Source: Fonticula alba ATCC 38817
Taxonomy: Eukaryota > Protista > Nucleariida
Direction: 5' to 3' (one strand)
Assembly (NCBI GenBank): GCA_000388065.2
Contig: KB932202.1
DNA length: 63,716 nt
The notes under the pieces are model-generated. The model made no database searches. It was given only the letters and a program-made list of their open reading frames with translations, and was not told where the DNA came from. The translations under genes were made by a program, and so were the position numbers. Of the stretch, positions 62,648 to 63,716 are shown piece by piece. Within the stretch, counting starts at the first letter, position 1; each line of letters begins with the position of its first letter.

Positions 62648-63716
62648 CTCTCTGCCTCAGTGCGAAACACCAAAGGCCGGGTCCCATGCATGTTCCTGCT
62701 CATTTGCCCGTGCCCGCGCCCCCACCGGCCGACCTTGCCGCGTGTGCCTCCGGCGGTGGCCCCCCTTTTTTCGGGCCCGAGTGGGGTAGGTGTTTCCTTC
62801 GCCCCTTGGCGCACGCCACCCTGCCCCCCCCCCTCCCCCCTCCCCCCCCCCGCCCGCCGCCCCCCCCTGCCGTGCTCCCCGGCCCCGCCCGTGTGGGGGG
62901 GGGCCCCCCTGGGGCCCCCCCCCCCGGCCCCCCCCCCCCCCGGGGCGCGGGGGTGGGGGGGGGGGGGGGGGGGGGGTCTGTGCGCGTGGCGTCTAGTCAC
63001 CGGTTGGGGTCTCTCCCCCTCTCTCTCTCTCTCTCTCGCTCTCTGTCCATCGTCGTCCCTCCCCTCCACTCGCCCTTCCCGTTTTCTTTCGGCCAGTGTG
63101 GGTGTGGGTGTGCGCGCGTGCATGCGCCCGGGGCAGCAGGAACCCTGGCAATATTTATGTGCCCTCCCTTGCGACTTGCGATCATGCTCGCCTCCGACCG
63201 GCACACACGCCTCTCCGGCGCGTTTTCCCGGCCGCCCGGCTCGCTTCTTTCGTCGGCGGCCAGGCAGTCGACGCCGTCCGGTGTGGGCCCAGCACCAGGG
63301 CGCGCAATTGGTCTGGCACCTTCCCTAGCGCGCCAGTCTGGTGCCAGCTGACGCCGTAAATCGTCCACGGTGGCCCGCCTCTCCGGTGTCGCCCGCAAAT
63401 TCGCACACCGGCGACCGGCAGTTGGGCCTAGGAGGCGGCAGCCGCGCCACCGGGCATCTGCCCCCCTCCCCCCCCCCAGGGGGGGTTCCGCTGGCAGGAT
63501 GCGTTTATCGTTGAAGGGCGTGTCTCCGTCGTCGGGACCAGGTCCCCTCGTCCGTCGGCCCAGCCGGGATTTTACCCCCTCACGCCAGGCCGGTGATGGG
63601 GTGGGCCGGGGCGGCGGGGGGGGGGGGGCAAGTATCGCGGTCACCCAGCCGACCCTATCCGCTCGCCCACGGAGAACACGGACTTACCCACCCTCCCACA
63701 CCGGGCAACTGGGGGG

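Noticed and set aside
61254-63644. Long Pro/Gly/Arg-rich ORFs of 200-410 aa (also at 5060-8525, 23500-24800, 31500-32300, 40444-41580, 56369-58700)
   Set aside because: Overlapping ORFs in several frames with low complexity and no recognisable domain are expected by chance at this GC content.

Overview
Eukaryotic, GC-rich, intron-rich genomic DNA from a draft assembly with 10 N-gaps, most of them next to poly-G/C runs. Most ORFs in the six-frame track are spurious. Splicing by hand (GT..AG, donors mostly GTACGT/GTGCGT) gives 19 protein-coding genes and one tRNA. In order: DUF1275 membrane protein (5'-truncated), ASF1, PP2C, Mic10, At4g15545/NAIP-like protein, uL22m, Nup54/57, low-MW thioredoxin reductase, an orphan 4-TM protein, ETF-beta (gapped), NAD-IDH catalytic subunit, NEMF/Rqc2, LETM1-like protein (gapped), LIN54/tesmin CXC protein, NAT10/Kre33, SPT4, TFIIA large subunit, tRNA-Ile(AAT), TOM40 and a PTB-like protein with DPF motifs. 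The combination of low-MW TrxR, fungal-type Nup57 core, acidic ASF1 tail and retained LIN54 suggests a unicellular opisthokont such as a Fonticula-like holomycotan; this is inference and not demonstrated. I found no mobile element, CRISPR array or multi-gene novel system that I can support. The most interesting signals are unusual protein architectures: Nup54 with an extra C-terminal FG domain, TFIIA with a Taspase1-type QVD|G site, a plant NAIP-like protein, Mic10 with a long tail, a Numb-like PTB/DPF adaptor and SPT4 with an acidic tail. The 5' splice sites also show a strong +4C bias. All family calls are by motif recognition, not database search.
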